From positions 64,001-128,000 of the forward strand of contig CAXXVO010000021.1 of the NCBI GenBank assembly GCA_963422645.2: 64,000 nt of DNA. Reading direction: 5' to 3'. A program made the position numbers and the translations under genes. Shown here piece after piece: positions 18,952 to 28,752 of this stretch. Numbering within the stretch: position 1 is the first letter of the stretch; each line of letters begins with the position of its first letter. Below the pieces are notes generated by a model. It was not told where the DNA came from. It worked only from the letters and a program-made list of their open reading frames with translations, and ran no database searches. Source of the DNA: Alphaproteobacteria bacterium (GTDB taxonomy: Bacteria; Pseudomonadota; Alphaproteobacteria; UBA828).

Positions 18952-19844
18952 GCCCCTCGCGCCGCCGCCAGTGCATCGACCATGTCCGCGACCGGCTCGG
19001 GATCTCGGAGCGCCGCGCCTGCCGGGTGCTGGGGCAGCACCGCTCGGCCCAGCGCCATGTCCCGCGCGGGCGTGACGATGAGGATCGCCTGGTCGCGGAC
19101 ATGATCGAGCTGGCCCGCCGGTACGGTCGCTACGGCTATCGCCGGATCGCCGCCCTGCTGCGCGACGCCGGCTGGCAGGTCAACGACAAGCGGGTCGAGC
19201 GCCTGTGGCGGCGCGAGGGGCTGAAGGTGCCCGCCAAACAACCCAAGCGAGGGCGTCTATGGCTCAACGACGGCTCCTGCGTCCGGCTACGCGCCGAGCG
19301 GGCGGACCATGTCTGGTCCTATGACTTCGTGCATCACCAGACCCATGATGGCCGGGTCTTTCGTACGCTCAACGTCCTGGACGAGTTCACCCGTGAGAGC
19401 CTGGCGATCCGTGTCCGGCGCAAGCTCTCCTCGACCGATGTCATCGACGCGCTGACCGACCTGTTCATCCTGCGCGGTATTCCGGCCTGGATCCGCTCCG
19501 ATAACGGCCCGGAGTTTGTCGCTGAGGCCGTCCGGGGATGGATTGCCGCGGTCGGGGCCCGGACCGCCTTCATCGAGCCTGGTTCTCCTTGGGAGAACGG
19601 CTATATCGAGAGCTTCAACGCGCGGCTGCGCGACGAGCTCCTGAACGGGGAGATCTTCTATACCCTCAAGGAAGCCCAGGTTCTCATCGAATCCTGGCGG
19701 CGCCATTACAACGCCATACGCCCACACAGCAGCCTGGGATACCGGCCGCCGGCCCCGGAAACGATCGTCACGCCAAGCTGGCCGCCCGGCTCCGCTACGC
19801 TCCGCCGGCCATCCAGCTTGGCCGAGAAACCGTCAATGCACTAA
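18948..19844 (+). CDS. IS3 transposase OrfB (DDE)
   Basis: YGYRRI, WSYDF, RSDNGPEF, PWENGYIESFN. Confidence 0.95.
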   Translation: MSPSRRRQCIDHVRDRLGISERRACRVLGQHRSAQRHVPRGRDDEDRLVADMIELARRYGRYGYRRIAALLRDAGWQVNDKRVERLWRREGLKVPAKQPKRGRLWLNDGSCVRLRAERADHVWSYDFVHHQTHDGRVFRTLNVLDEFTRESLAIRVRRKLSSTDVIDALTDLFILRGIPAWIRSDNGPEFVAEAVRGWIAAVGARTAFIEPGSPWENGYIESFNARLRDELLNGEIFYTLKEAQVLIESWRRHYNAIRPHSSLGYRPPAPETIVTPSWPPGSATLRRPSSLAEKPSMH

Positions 19845-19878
19845 CATTCAAACCGGACCAGTCGACGGGGGCAGGTCA

Positions 19879-20850
19879 GGTCGTCTCAGGCATGGTGGCC
19901 AAAGCGGAGGAGGACCCGAAGGCGGCGGCGCGCGCCATCGGCAATGCGGGCAATGCCGGCACGAACCTGCCGGAGCGCGGCATCGGCGCGAGCCGGCTGG
20001 AGGACGAGGGCCGCGCGCGGCTGGCCGATCCGGACGACCCCGGCGGCGCGGCGGGCCGCACGGTGATCCGGGGCACGACCTCGCGTCCGGCCGAGAGCGT
20101 GCCGGCCACCGATCCGCTGGTGCGGCGCTCGGAGACCATCGCGGCATCGCCGCAATCTTCCGTTCACGGCGCGGACGGCCTCGCCTCCGGCAGTACGGCC
20201 GACTGCGGGGCGACCTCGACGATGCCGGCGATGGCGGGTCGTGCGGGTCCGTGCGCTGGTGCGTCGGCGCCGGTTGCGAGACCGTACGGCCGCAGGCGAA
20301 TACCGGCTTCGTCGAGGCCACGACGCGGCTCAACATGGCGCTGGAGCTAGGCGGTGACGAGTTCGACCGCGACGACATGCGCTTCTTCACCGGCCAGCGC
20401 CGGGCCTGTCACATCAAGCTGTTCGGGCTCGCCAACTGCTGCAAGAACAGCGGCCTGCTGGTCGGGCTCGCCGACTGCTCGGCCTCGGAGCGCGAGCTGG
20501 CGGCAGAGCGCAATGCCGGCAACACTCATTATCTCGGGCGGTACTGCTCGAAGCGCACCTTCTTCGGCGTCTGCATCCGCCGCTCGCGCGCCTGGTGCGT
20601 GTTCGGCTCCAAGCTCGGGCGCATCCTGCAGCAGCAGGGCCGGCGCCAGCTCGGCATCGGCTGGGGGAGCTGCCGCGGCTTCACCGTGGCCGAGGTCGAG
20701 GGTATCGACTTCGCCAGCCTCGACCTCTCGGAGTTCACGCAGGACCTGATGGACGGCTCGCGCGAGCCGGCGGTGTCGCTGCCCGACGCCGGGGACATGG
20801 GCGACGCCATGCGCACGCGCATCCGCGACTTCTACCGGCGGGGCGGGTGA
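19879..20850 (+). pseudogene. traN: F-type conjugal transfer protein TraN, 5'-truncated by IS3, apparent frameshift near 20208
   Basis: Cys-rich C-terminus NCCK..YLGRYCS..WCVFGSKLGRILQQQGRRQLG..CRGFT..IDFASLDLSEF. Confidence 0.85.
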
Positions 20851-21122
20851 TGGCGCGGCGCACGAAATACGCCGCCAAGCGCGCCGTGACACGCTTCCTG
20901 GCGGCGATCGGCGTCTGGGCTGTCAATCGGCTTTCAATACTGACCCCCGATCGGCGTGCAAAATTGACCCCCCTGAGTGGCACGGCGGAGGTTGTCCCGG
21001 TAGCCAATAGGGGGGACCCGCGCGGCTTCGTGTGGCGCCCTGCGCTACGCGGAGCGAAGCCGCGTGGGGGGTCCCTGTTGGCCCACCGGGGCAACCGGGC
21101 CGCAAGGGAGGCCGGCGGCGGG

Positions 21123-21851
21123 TCAGGAGCGGTTCTTGAAGCGCCAGCTCTCGTTGCCGGTCTCGATGATCTCGCAATGATGGGTGAGGCGATCGAGCAG
21201 CGCTGTGGTCATCTTGGGGTCGCCGAAGACGGATGGCCATTCGCCGAAGGCGAGGTTTGTGGTGATGACGATCGAGGTGCGCTCGTAGAGCCGGCTCATC
21301 AGATGGAAGAGCAGCTGCCCACCGGCCTGGGCGAAGGGCAGGTAGCCGAGCTCGTCGAGGATGACGAAGTCGCGGCGGACGAGCTGGTCTGCAGTGCGGC
21401 CCTGGCGTCCGGCGCGAAGCTCGGCCTCGAGGAGGTTGACCAGGTCGACGACGTTGTAGCACCGGCCGCGCGCGCCCTTGCGGATGCAGGACCGCGCGAT
21501 GGCGACGGCGAGATGGGTCTTGCCGGTACCGGTGCCGCCGACCAGCACGATGTTGCGTTTGCCCTCGAGGAAGCCGCCGCCGGCGAGCTCCTGGATCAGG
21601 GGCTCGTTGACCGGCGAGGCGGCGAAGTCGAAGTCGGCCAGCTCCTTGACCGTCGGCAGCTTGGCGGAGGCCATCTGGTACTTGATCGAGCGGGCCCTCT
21701 TGTCGGCGATCTCGACCTGCAGCAGCGTACCGATGATCTGTTGCACCGGATGGCGGCGCTTGAGCCCGTCGGCAAGGATGTCGTCGTAAGCGGCGCGCAT
21801 ACCTGCGAGCTTCAGCTGGGTCATCATCTCCAGCACATCATGACGCTCCAT
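21123..21851 (-). CDS. istB: IS21 helper ATPase IstB
   Basis: [27 protein letters not shown]. Confidence 0.95.
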   Translation of the reverse strand: MERHDVLEMMTQLKLAGMRAAYDDILADGLKRRHPVQQIIGTLLQVEIADKRARSIKYQMASAKLPTVKELADFDFAASPVNEPLIQELAGGGFLEGKRNIVLVGGTGTGKTHLAVAIARSCIRKGARGRCYNVVDLVNLLEAELRAGRQGRTADQLVRRDFVILDELGYLPFAQAGGQLLFHLMSRLYERTSIVITTNLAFGEWPSVFGDPKMTTALLDRLTHHCEIIETGNESWRFKNRS

Positions 21852-23352
21852 GACCGGCCTCCCTCAGGCTGTCGTAGCGCTGACAGTCGGCTACCGGCTT
21901 GTGGCGAAGCTGCAGGCCCTCGGGCGTCGGGATGATTGCCGGCGGTGCCGGCTGGCGCTGCCGGGCGAGGATGTTGAGCACCACGTCGGCGCTGCAGGCA
22001 CCGCAGTCGAGCGTCTCGGCACAGGCCGCCTCAACCGCCTCCAGTCCGTCCTCCAGCACCGCCGCGAGCACCTTGACGAACTGCCGGTCGCCGTCGTCGT
22101 GGCCCGCGAGCCGGGTTCGCAGGCGGCCGAGCGCGTTGGGCAACTGCCAGTCCTTGAAGGGCGCGCCATTGCGTAGCGCGCCGGGCTTCCGCGTCAGGAT
22201 CGGCACGTAATGCCACGGATCGTAGACGAACCGGCCGCGCCCGAAGCTGCGGGGGTGCTCGGCAACGGTCTCGCCGTCCTGGCGGATGACGATCCGATCG
22301 GCATAGGCCCGCACGTCCACCGGCCGGCCGACGGCGCGGGCCGCGACGCTGTACTGGTTGTTGTCGAAGCGCACCAGACAGGTCTTCGAGACCGACACCT
22401 CGCTGGCATGGAAGCCGTCGAAGGGGCCGCGATACGCCATCAGGAAGGGCTGCTCCTCCTCGAACACCTGCCACACCGTCTTGCCCGGGATTGTCGGATG
22501 CGGATGCTTCTTGGCGTCCTCGATGCACCGATCCATCAGCCACTCGTTGATCTCGGCGTAGGAGCGGCCCCGCGGGATGGGCACGAACAGGCGGCCGCGA
22601 AGGTCACCCACCTGCTTCTCGACCTGCCCCTTCTCCCAGCCAGCCCCTGGCGTGCACGCCACAGGCTCCACCAGATGGTGCGAGCACAGCTCCTGGAAGC
22701 GGCGGTTGTAGTCCCGCTTCTTGCCCACGAAGATCGTGCTCACCGCCGTCTTCATGTTGTCGTAGATGCCCCGCCGGCAGACCCCGCCGAAGAAGCGGAA
22801 GGCACGCTCGTGCGCCTCGAAGACCATCTCCTGGCTCTCGCGGGGAAAGATCTGGACCAGATACATCCGGCTGTGGCACAGCCGCATGTGCGCCGCCTTC
22901 ACCCTGGTCGTCGCGCCCGACAGACGCGCGTACTCGTGGCTCCAGTCGAACTGGTAGGCCTCGCCGGGATCGAAGATCAGCGGCACATAGGCCTGCGCCG
23001 GCGACAACAGCCGCCACCGGCGCCGCCAGGCCCTGGCATAGCGGCGAACCGCGTCATAGCCGCCCTTGTAGCCCAGCGACACAAGGTCTTCATGAATCCG
23101 CAGAAGAGACAGCCGATCCTTGCGTGCCTTCTTCTCGTTGGCCTTCAGCTGGCGCTCAAGCTCCTCCACCCACAGCCCAAGCTTCGGCATCGGCTGGATC
23201 TTGCGCTCGTAGCTGTGCGAGGTCGCATCGCCCCGCACCACCTTGCGTATCGTGTTCTTGGAAACCCTCAAATCCCGGGCGAGCTTCTTGATCGGAACGC
23301 CCTTCACCAGATGATCCCGACGGATCTTCGCGATCGTTTCCACAACCAGCAT
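21838..23352 (-). CDS. istA: IS21 transposase IstA
   Basis: [24 protein letters not shown]. Confidence 0.95.
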   Translation of the reverse strand: MLVVETIAKIRRDHLVKGVPIKKLARDLRVSKNTIRKVVRGDATSHSYERKIQPMPKLGLWVEELERQLKANEKKARKDRLSLLRIHEDLVSLGYKGGYDAVRRYARAWRRRWRLLSPAQAYVPLIFDPGEAYQFDWSHEYARLSGATTRVKAAHMRLCHSRMYLVQIFPRESQEMVFEAHERAFRFFGGVCRRGIYDNMKTAVSTIFVGKKRDYNRRFQELCSHHLVEPVACTPGAGWEKGQVEKQVGDLRGRLFVPIPRGRSYAEINEWLMDRCIEDAKKHPHPTIPGKTVWQVFEEEQPFLMAYRGPFDGFHASEVSVSKTCLVRFDNNQYSVAARAVGRPVDVRAYADRIVIRQDGETVAEHPRSFGRGRFVYDPWHYVPILTRKPGALRNGAPFKDWQLPNALGRLRTRLAGHDDGDRQFVKVLAAVLEDGLEAVEAACAETLDCGACSADVVLNILARQRQPAPPAIIPTPEGLQLRHKPVADCQRYDSLREAGHGAS

Positions 23353-23462
23353 CTCCCCCACCACCCCGTCCGTCCAAACGACGAGGTGTGTTCATGGACA
23401 CAAATCCAAGGGGGTCAATTTTGGACGCCGATCACCCCCAATAGGGGGTCACTTTTCCACGC

Positions 23463-24023
23463 TTAACAACAGTCAGGCGCTCTGCAGCGCGGCGTGCGCG
23501 AGAGGGGTGCCGCCGGCGAGGCAGCCGACGCGGATGCGGCCGGGTCGTCCTCGCGAAGCTGCTGCCGCAGTTCCATCCAGAGCCGTCCGAGGACGTTGTT
23601 GCCCTCGTAGCGATCGGCGACGGGGCTCGCGCGCCACCAGGGGTCCCGGGTCGAGACCTCGACGATGGAACGCTCGCCGGTTGAGGCGAGCACGGCGTCG
23701 ATCTCGGCCGCGTTCGCCTCGCGCTTCAGGCGCAGGACCCAGCGCATGACGTCGACGCGCTGCGCGTTCCAGCCGGGATCGATGCCGAGTCCCGAGGTGC
23801 GGCCGATGGTGGCTGCTTCCCTGGCCGTGGGCGCCTCGGCGATGCGTTGCTGGACGTCGGGGTGCGCCGGGAACTTGCAGGCCTGATAGACCGCCTCGGA
23901 CGTCCCGAACGACCAGGGACCGGCCATGATCGGGACGGCGAGCGGCTGGAAGTTGCTGAAGGCGCCCCACGCCGCTTTCGTGAAGCGAAACCCGCAGGCC
24001 TGCTCCTTAATATAGGTGCGCAT
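23463..24023 (-). CDS. NADAR (YbiA/DUF1768) family protein; C-terminal tail runs into IS21
   Basis: FSNF, TSEAVYQACKF, IVEVSTRDPWW, GNNVLGRLWMELR. Confidence 0.85.
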   Translation of the reverse strand: MRTYIKEQACGFRFTKAAWGAFSNFQPLAVPIMAGPWSFGTSEAVYQACKFPAHPDVQQRIAEAPTAREAATIGRTSGLGIDPGWNAQRVDVMRWVLRLKREANAAEIDAVLASTGERSIVEVSTRDPWWRASPVADRYEGNNVLGRLWMELRQQLREDDPAASASAASPAAPLSRTPRCRAPDCC

Positions 24024-24328
24024 CGGTTTCTCCCTCGCGGACGGCTGGCGGCGCGGCGGGGGACTCGCTCCCCTGTCGCGGGCTTGCCCCTCCCGGTCCC
24101 GCCTCTTCCTCGGGGCGCCGGGAATGCTCGCAGGCGGCGTTCGAAGCCCAGGTGCTGCGGTTCCGGGAGGGACCGCGGGACTTGCCGGGAAACGGCGGGT
24201 TATGCTCGCAAGGGCGAAGCCGCGGTCATGCAGGTCCTAGCGGAAGCGCCGTGGGGTCGGGGCCAGTGTCGACCTCGCGGGAGGGTAGCGGGTTCACGGC
24301 GCTGATCTCGGGATCGGAGGAATCGGCA

Positions 24329-25513
24329 ATGAACAAGGCGGCGATCGTCGCCCGCGTGGCCAGGCGGATGGGGCTGAACAAGTTCGCGGCGGAAGGAGCG
24401 GTCGATACCGTTCTTGAGGCGATCGCCGAGGGCCTTGCCAAGGAAGAGGACGTGCGGATCGCGGGGTTCGGCACGTTCAGGACGCGGAACCGGGCTGCAA
24501 GGCAGGGCCGCAACCCGGCGACGGGCGAGAGTGTGCGGATACCGGCGTCGAAGGTACCGTCGTTCAAGGCGGCAAAAGGTCTCAGGGAGGCGGTGAAACG
24601 GGGCTGGCAACCGGATGCGGCGGTGCCCGGGGATGACGGCGATGGCGAGCCCGGCAACTCAGGCGCGATGCTGGAGATGTCGGACTGGCCGGGCGGCGTG
24701 GAGCCGGTCTGGACCCTGTTGGAGCCGGAGAGCGCCCGGGCGCTGCGGACGGAACCGGCGGCGGATAACCCGACACTGCGGCTGGCGGCGGACCTGCCGG
24801 ACGAGGCGTTCGCAGAATCGGCCTTCGTGCGCAATGCCCTGATCGCGCTCGAACTGATAAGCAACGAGTTCTTGCCGAGGTTCACCGAGAAGGGGCATTT
24901 CGGGCGCGAGATGGTCGCGTCGATGCGCGAGGCGATGACCTGGCCGGGAATGGAGGCGACCGAGCAGTTCCGGACGGGAAAGGCGCTGCGTGAGGGAGAC
25001 GTCTGGGAGCTTCACCTGCTGCATCGGCTGATGGACCTGGCCGGGCTCATGGACGGGCAGGCGTTCCTGGGCCAGTTGACCGCGTTGGGGCGCGAGATGC
25101 GCGAACCCGGACGACGGGGCGCCCTCCAGGCGCTGCTGTTCAGACACCTCTTCTGGCGCGCGGACCTCTCGGAGTTCGTGGAGACGTTTCCGCGAGGGCT
25201 GCCGGGCCGGTGGCCGCAGGACGATACCGGCGTGATCCTCTGGGGGCTCTCGAACGTGGCCGGAGAGTGGCAGAGCGCGGACACGCTCAGGACGCTGACC
25301 ACGGTTCGCGACGATTCTGTGGCGGGACTGCACTGGAACGCGGAGGGCACGATGTTCGCGGGCCGCGTTCTGCAACCTTTGCGCTGGTTCGGGCTGCTCG
25401 AATACCACGGGCCTCCGGAGAGGTTCGAGGTGGGCTGGCGCAAGACCCCCCTCTTCGACCGCTTCCTGTCGTTCGATGTGAGGCTCGCGAAGGACCGGGG
25501 GACGGGTCACTGA
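24329..25513 (+). CDS. HU/IHF-family domain fused to ~290-aa unknown domain
   Basis: MNKAAIV...GFGTF..R.AR.GRNPATGESVRIPASKVPSFKAAKGLREAV then acidic linker; no stop; SD GGAGG. Confidence 0.85.
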   Translation: MNKAAIVARVARRMGLNKFAAEGAVDTVLEAIAEGLAKEEDVRIAGFGTFRTRNRAARQGRNPATGESVRIPASKVPSFKAAKGLREAVKRGWQPDAAVPGDDGDGEPGNSGAMLEMSDWPGGVEPVWTLLEPESARALRTEPAADNPTLRLAADLPDEAFAESAFVRNALIALELISNEFLPRFTEKGHFGREMVASMREAMTWPGMEATEQFRTGKALREGDVWELHLLHRLMDLAGLMDGQAFLGQLTALGREMREPGRRGALQALLFRHLFWRADLSEFVETFPRGLPGRWPQDDTGVILWGLSNVAGEWQSADTLRTLTTVRDDSVAGLHWNAEGTMFAGRVLQPLRWFGLLEYHGPPERFEVGWRKTPLFDRFLSFDVRLAKDRGTGH

Positions 25514-25761
25514 GCGCGCATTGCCGGGAGGACGGCCGCACCGCGCGGGGGTGATCGAGGTGTCGGGCCTGGGTGCAGGTTGCTGCGATGGCTGCGGCAG
25601 CGGCACAGGGTTCGCACGGGCCGATGATGGATCGCCCCGTATGAGGCGCGTGGCCGCCGCCGTCTCTCCGCGCACCGAAGACGAGGGATGGGCGGTTCTT
25701 ACGGGGCTGCCGATCTCTCCCGTACGGAATCGGTCCGCGCCGACCGGCCGGCGTGGAAGCG

Positions 25762-27855
25762 CTAGGCCTCGTTGGGAAGGTTGAGGGAGGAGACGCGCAT
25801 CCGCTTCCTCCGTTCGAAGAAGATCGGGAGATCGGCGCGAGCCGCGGGGCCGGACGGCTCGCCGCCGGCGAGAGCGGTGAGCAGGGACAGCGCGGGGTAG
25901 TCCTCGATTTCGAGCTCGTCTCTCGGCCAGTCGTCGTCGAGGATGCGCACCCCCTGAGCGAATCCTCGCGCCCAGGTCGTCAGCTCGCCGTCGCCGAGAG
26001 CGGCGAGCGCGTCCGCGGCGAAGCCGCTCTCTCCGATACCGCGGTCGAACTCGTTGTGGCGCTCCGGTGCGCGGCGCAGGAACTCCCCGGTCCCCTCGCC
26101 GCCGATGCCCCGGACCCCGTCCGCGAGCGCGTGCAGCCATTCCGCGGGACGGGGCTCCCGGGGCGCGAGCACCGCGGCCGCGACGTAGCCGTCGAGCCAG
26201 GCCAGCGAAGCAGCGCAATGCAGGTCCCCCTCCGGCCACGCCGCCGCCTCGGCAAGGGCGGCCAACGGGTCCGGACGCCCTGCGTCGCCGGCGCGAAGCC
26301 GGCGTTCCTCCTCGTGCCAGACGTCGACGGTGGCGAGGAAGATGCTATCCATGATCGGGATGCCCTTGAGCGCGCGTCCGTCGAGCAGGGCCGAGGCCAC
26401 GGCGGCGAAGGAGCGCCAGTCGGCGTCGCCGGCGGCCTTCAGGACATGGGCGGCGCGCAGCACGAGAAGGGCCCAGTCGCCGCGCCTCTCTTCGAGGCGC
26501 GCCCGGAAAGCTTCGAGCGTCTGCCGTGGACCGTCAGCGGCCTTCAGCGATTCGTCCAGCAGCGCCGTGCCCTCGAACCATGTGTCCATGATCGGCCGGT
26601 CGTCGGGCCACGCAGAGCTGCGGCGGATCAGCTCGTCCCGCTCCGCGTCGGGCAGGCCGGCGATCGCGCCTCCCGGGTCGAGTTCCGTGAGCCAGTCGGG
26701 CGCCGTCATCGCCCGCGGGCGCAGCTCGGAAAGGCCAAAGCCGGCGGCGACGTCGATCAGATAGGCCGGTGGAGGCCGCCCTTCGGCAAGTCCGTCCGCG
26801 AGCGCGGCGGAAAGCGCGGTCTCGAAGGCTTCGAACGGTACGTCGAGCGCCCCCAGCTCGTCCTCCAGGTTGCACGCGGCACTCAGGGCTTCGTCGTCCC
26901 GGAAGATGCGCGCGATGGTGACGCCGTGGCCGGCCTTGACCACCACCACCGCGCAAGCGGGTCCGTCCGCAGGGTCGAGCATGGCGGCGAGATGCTGCAT
27001 GCTCGAGCCGGCCGGCAGGGCGGCGAGGAAACGCGTCGGACGGCCCGCGGGGCGCGCCATCGGGTGGAAGCGGCCCCGCAGCCGGGTCTCGCGCAGGGCG
27101 GTATCCAGCAAGGGACGCGCGGAATCCGCCGGCATCCAGTTCCGGATGAGCGGCACGAGCGCCGGCAGGGCGGGCTCCATGGCGTCGCCCCGCACCCGGC
27201 CGGAGAGGCCGCTGGCGGCCGCCAGGCGAACCTCGGGCGAGCGGTCCAGCAGCCAGTAGAGGGCGGCGCGGCCGTACCGCTCCTCTTCGCGCCCCGAAAC
27301 ATGGTGGACGAAGGTCGGCCTGAACTCGGACGGAAGGACCGCCATCAGGTTGGCGAGGAGGTCGTGCAGCAGATGATCGTCGCCGCCCGCATGGCGCGCG
27401 AGACGGTCGATCTCCCCGTCCAGCAGGCCGGGAAACGCGGCAAGCGCCTGGCCGGTGCCGGGTTCGCCGGCGAAGATCGGGAAGAGGCATTCCGGCGCAT
27501 CCAGGCCTGCGCGGATGAAGGCGCGTGCCAGACCGAGCGCGGCGTGGTCCGGGAGGTCGCCGCGGGCGGCCAGGGTATCGATGGCGCCGCGCGCCTCGGC
27601 GAGGAAGGGCTCGCCGAAGCGGCGTCGGTTCTCGGCATCGCGTTGCGCCCGTTCGACCAGGACCCCGAACAGGTCGAGCGGAGCGTTGCGCTCCGAGTCC
27701 GCGGTCCGCGCGATGCGGGCGGCGAGCATGGAAGCCATGCCCGTCCTGCCGAGAAGCACCGGCGCGTGCTGCTCCGCCAGCTCCCTTCGGTCGAGGAAGT
27801 CGTCGAAGCCGTCGAGCTCGTCGAGGCAGGCTTGCAGAAGATCGGCTTCGGGCAT
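25762..27855 (-). CDS. Large hypothetical protein with C-terminal UPF0149/YecA-like domain
   Basis: WLDGYVAAAVLAP..P.EWL..WARGFAQG; long high-GC3 frame; start uncertain. Confidence 0.7.
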   Translation of the reverse strand: MPEADLLQACLDELDGFDDFLDRRELAEQHAPVLLGRTGMASMLAARIARTADSERNAPLDLFGVLVERAQRDAENRRRFGEPFLAEARGAIDTLAARGDLPDHAALGLARAFIRAGLDAPECLFPIFAGEPGTGQALAAFPGLLDGEIDRLARHAGGDDHLLHDLLANLMAVLPSEFRPTFVHHVSGREEERYGRAALYWLLDRSPEVRLAAASGLSGRVRGDAMEPALPALVPLIRNWMPADSARPLLDTALRETRLRGRFHPMARPAGRPTRFLAALPAGSSMQHLAAMLDPADGPACAVVVVKAGHGVTIARIFRDDEALSAACNLEDELGALDVPFEAFETALSAALADGLAEGRPPPAYLIDVAAGFGLSELRPRAMTAPDWLTELDPGGAIAGLPDAERDELIRRSSAWPDDRPIMDTWFEGTALLDESLKAADGPRQTLEAFRARLEERRGDWALLVLRAAHVLKAAGDADWRSFAAVASALLDGRALKGIPIMDSIFLATVDVWHEEERRLRAGDAGRPDPLAALAEAAAWPEGDLHCAASLAWLDGYVAAAVLAPREPRPAEWLHALADGVRGIGGEGTGEFLRRAPERHNEFDRGIGESGFAADALAALGDGELTTWARGFAQGVRILDDDWPRDELEIEDYPALSLLTALAGGEPSGPAARADLPIFFERRKRMRVSSLNLPNEA

Positions 27856-27989
27856 GGTCGTGTCCGGGATAGAGGGCTGATGCCGGGGATCGAGACGCAT
27901 CGTGCCATGGCGAGCCCGGTCGTTGAAGACGGCAGGGAGAGACGAAGAGGCGGCGGGGCGCCCGCAGCGGACACCCCGCCGACGGTGGA

Positions 27990-28310
27990 TCAGCGGCGCC
28001 GGGCGTCGACGAAAATGCCCGCCGCGTAGCTCCCCCACATTTGCATGCCCGAGTCCGTCAGGTTGACCCCGGTGCAGACGATGACCTCGTGGCGCTCGGG
28101 CCGCAGCCGCTGAACGGCCCGCAAGCTCATCGCCTTGCGCGCCTGCTTGCGTCCGCCCTTCGATCCCTTGCCGGGCCGCCAGGGCCGGATCTGGCCCTAG
28201 TAGTCGGACAGGTACCGCTCGACCACGTAGCGCTGGTCATCGAGCCCTTGCCCGAACAGGTGGGTGAGGTAGGTTCGGGCGTTTCCATGGAGTGTGCCGT
28301 TGATCTGCAT
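27990..28310 (-). pseudogene. Paralog of the 7668-7994 protein with one in-frame TAG (28197-28199)
   Basis: MQINGTLHGNARTYLTHLFGQGLDDQRYVVERYLSDY*GQIR...SGMQMWGSYAAGIFVD; SD GGAGG; absent from the ORF track. Confidence 0.75.
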
Positions 28311-28752
28311 GTGCCGCCTCCCGCTAGCCTGTGAGTGGAAGCGGCGAGGACGCCTCTCGCCGGACGCCGCACGCCGCGCCCCGCTTCAGGCCGGGCTCTC
28401 CCTCCTGCCGGCGTGAGGGCGCCGGCGCGGAGCAAGGATCGTGATGCGGGTTGAAGGCGGGGGGCCGCACGCCGCCGGGCCGGGCGGCCCTGCGGCGCCG
28501 CCGAGGCCCGGATGGGCGACGGCATGGCTGGGCCGTGCGCGGCTGCGGAGGACGGGGCGGCGATCCCGCTGCCGGGGTTTCCGCGGGCTTTTGAGGTCAG
28601 GAGTGGTCTGGAGTTTACTTCGGGGTGGTTACTGGGTGATTATTTTCCTCGTTCCGGCGTCGGGCGCACGCTCGTGTCTTCTCCCAAGCTATTGAAATGA
28701 AATGGTTATGCGCGACGGCGCGCCCAACCGTGTTGGTGGTGAGAAATGCGGG

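Larger units (their letters stand above)
18616..19878 (+). mobile_element. IS3 family element (IS407-like)
   Basis: IRs TGATCCTCCCCC..TGGTCC / rc TGACCTGCCCCC..TGGTCC; orfA/orfB with GGGAAAC slippery site near 18939. Confidence 0.93.
20921..23471 (-). mobile_element. IS21 family element, copy 1 (interrupts the gene starting at 20850)
   Basis: Ends TGTCAATCGG..TGACCCCC and rc TGTTGTTAAG..TGACCCCC; same sequence at 33665-36215. Confidence 0.95.

Noticed and set aside
18613-19881. GGT on both sides of IS3 as a target duplication
   Set aside because: Only 3 bp, and the flanks belong to different genes; removing the IS does not restore a sensible gene
28197-28199. Amber recoding (pyrrolysine or alternative code)
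   Set aside because: TAG is used as a normal stop by many genes here and only one in-frame case was seen
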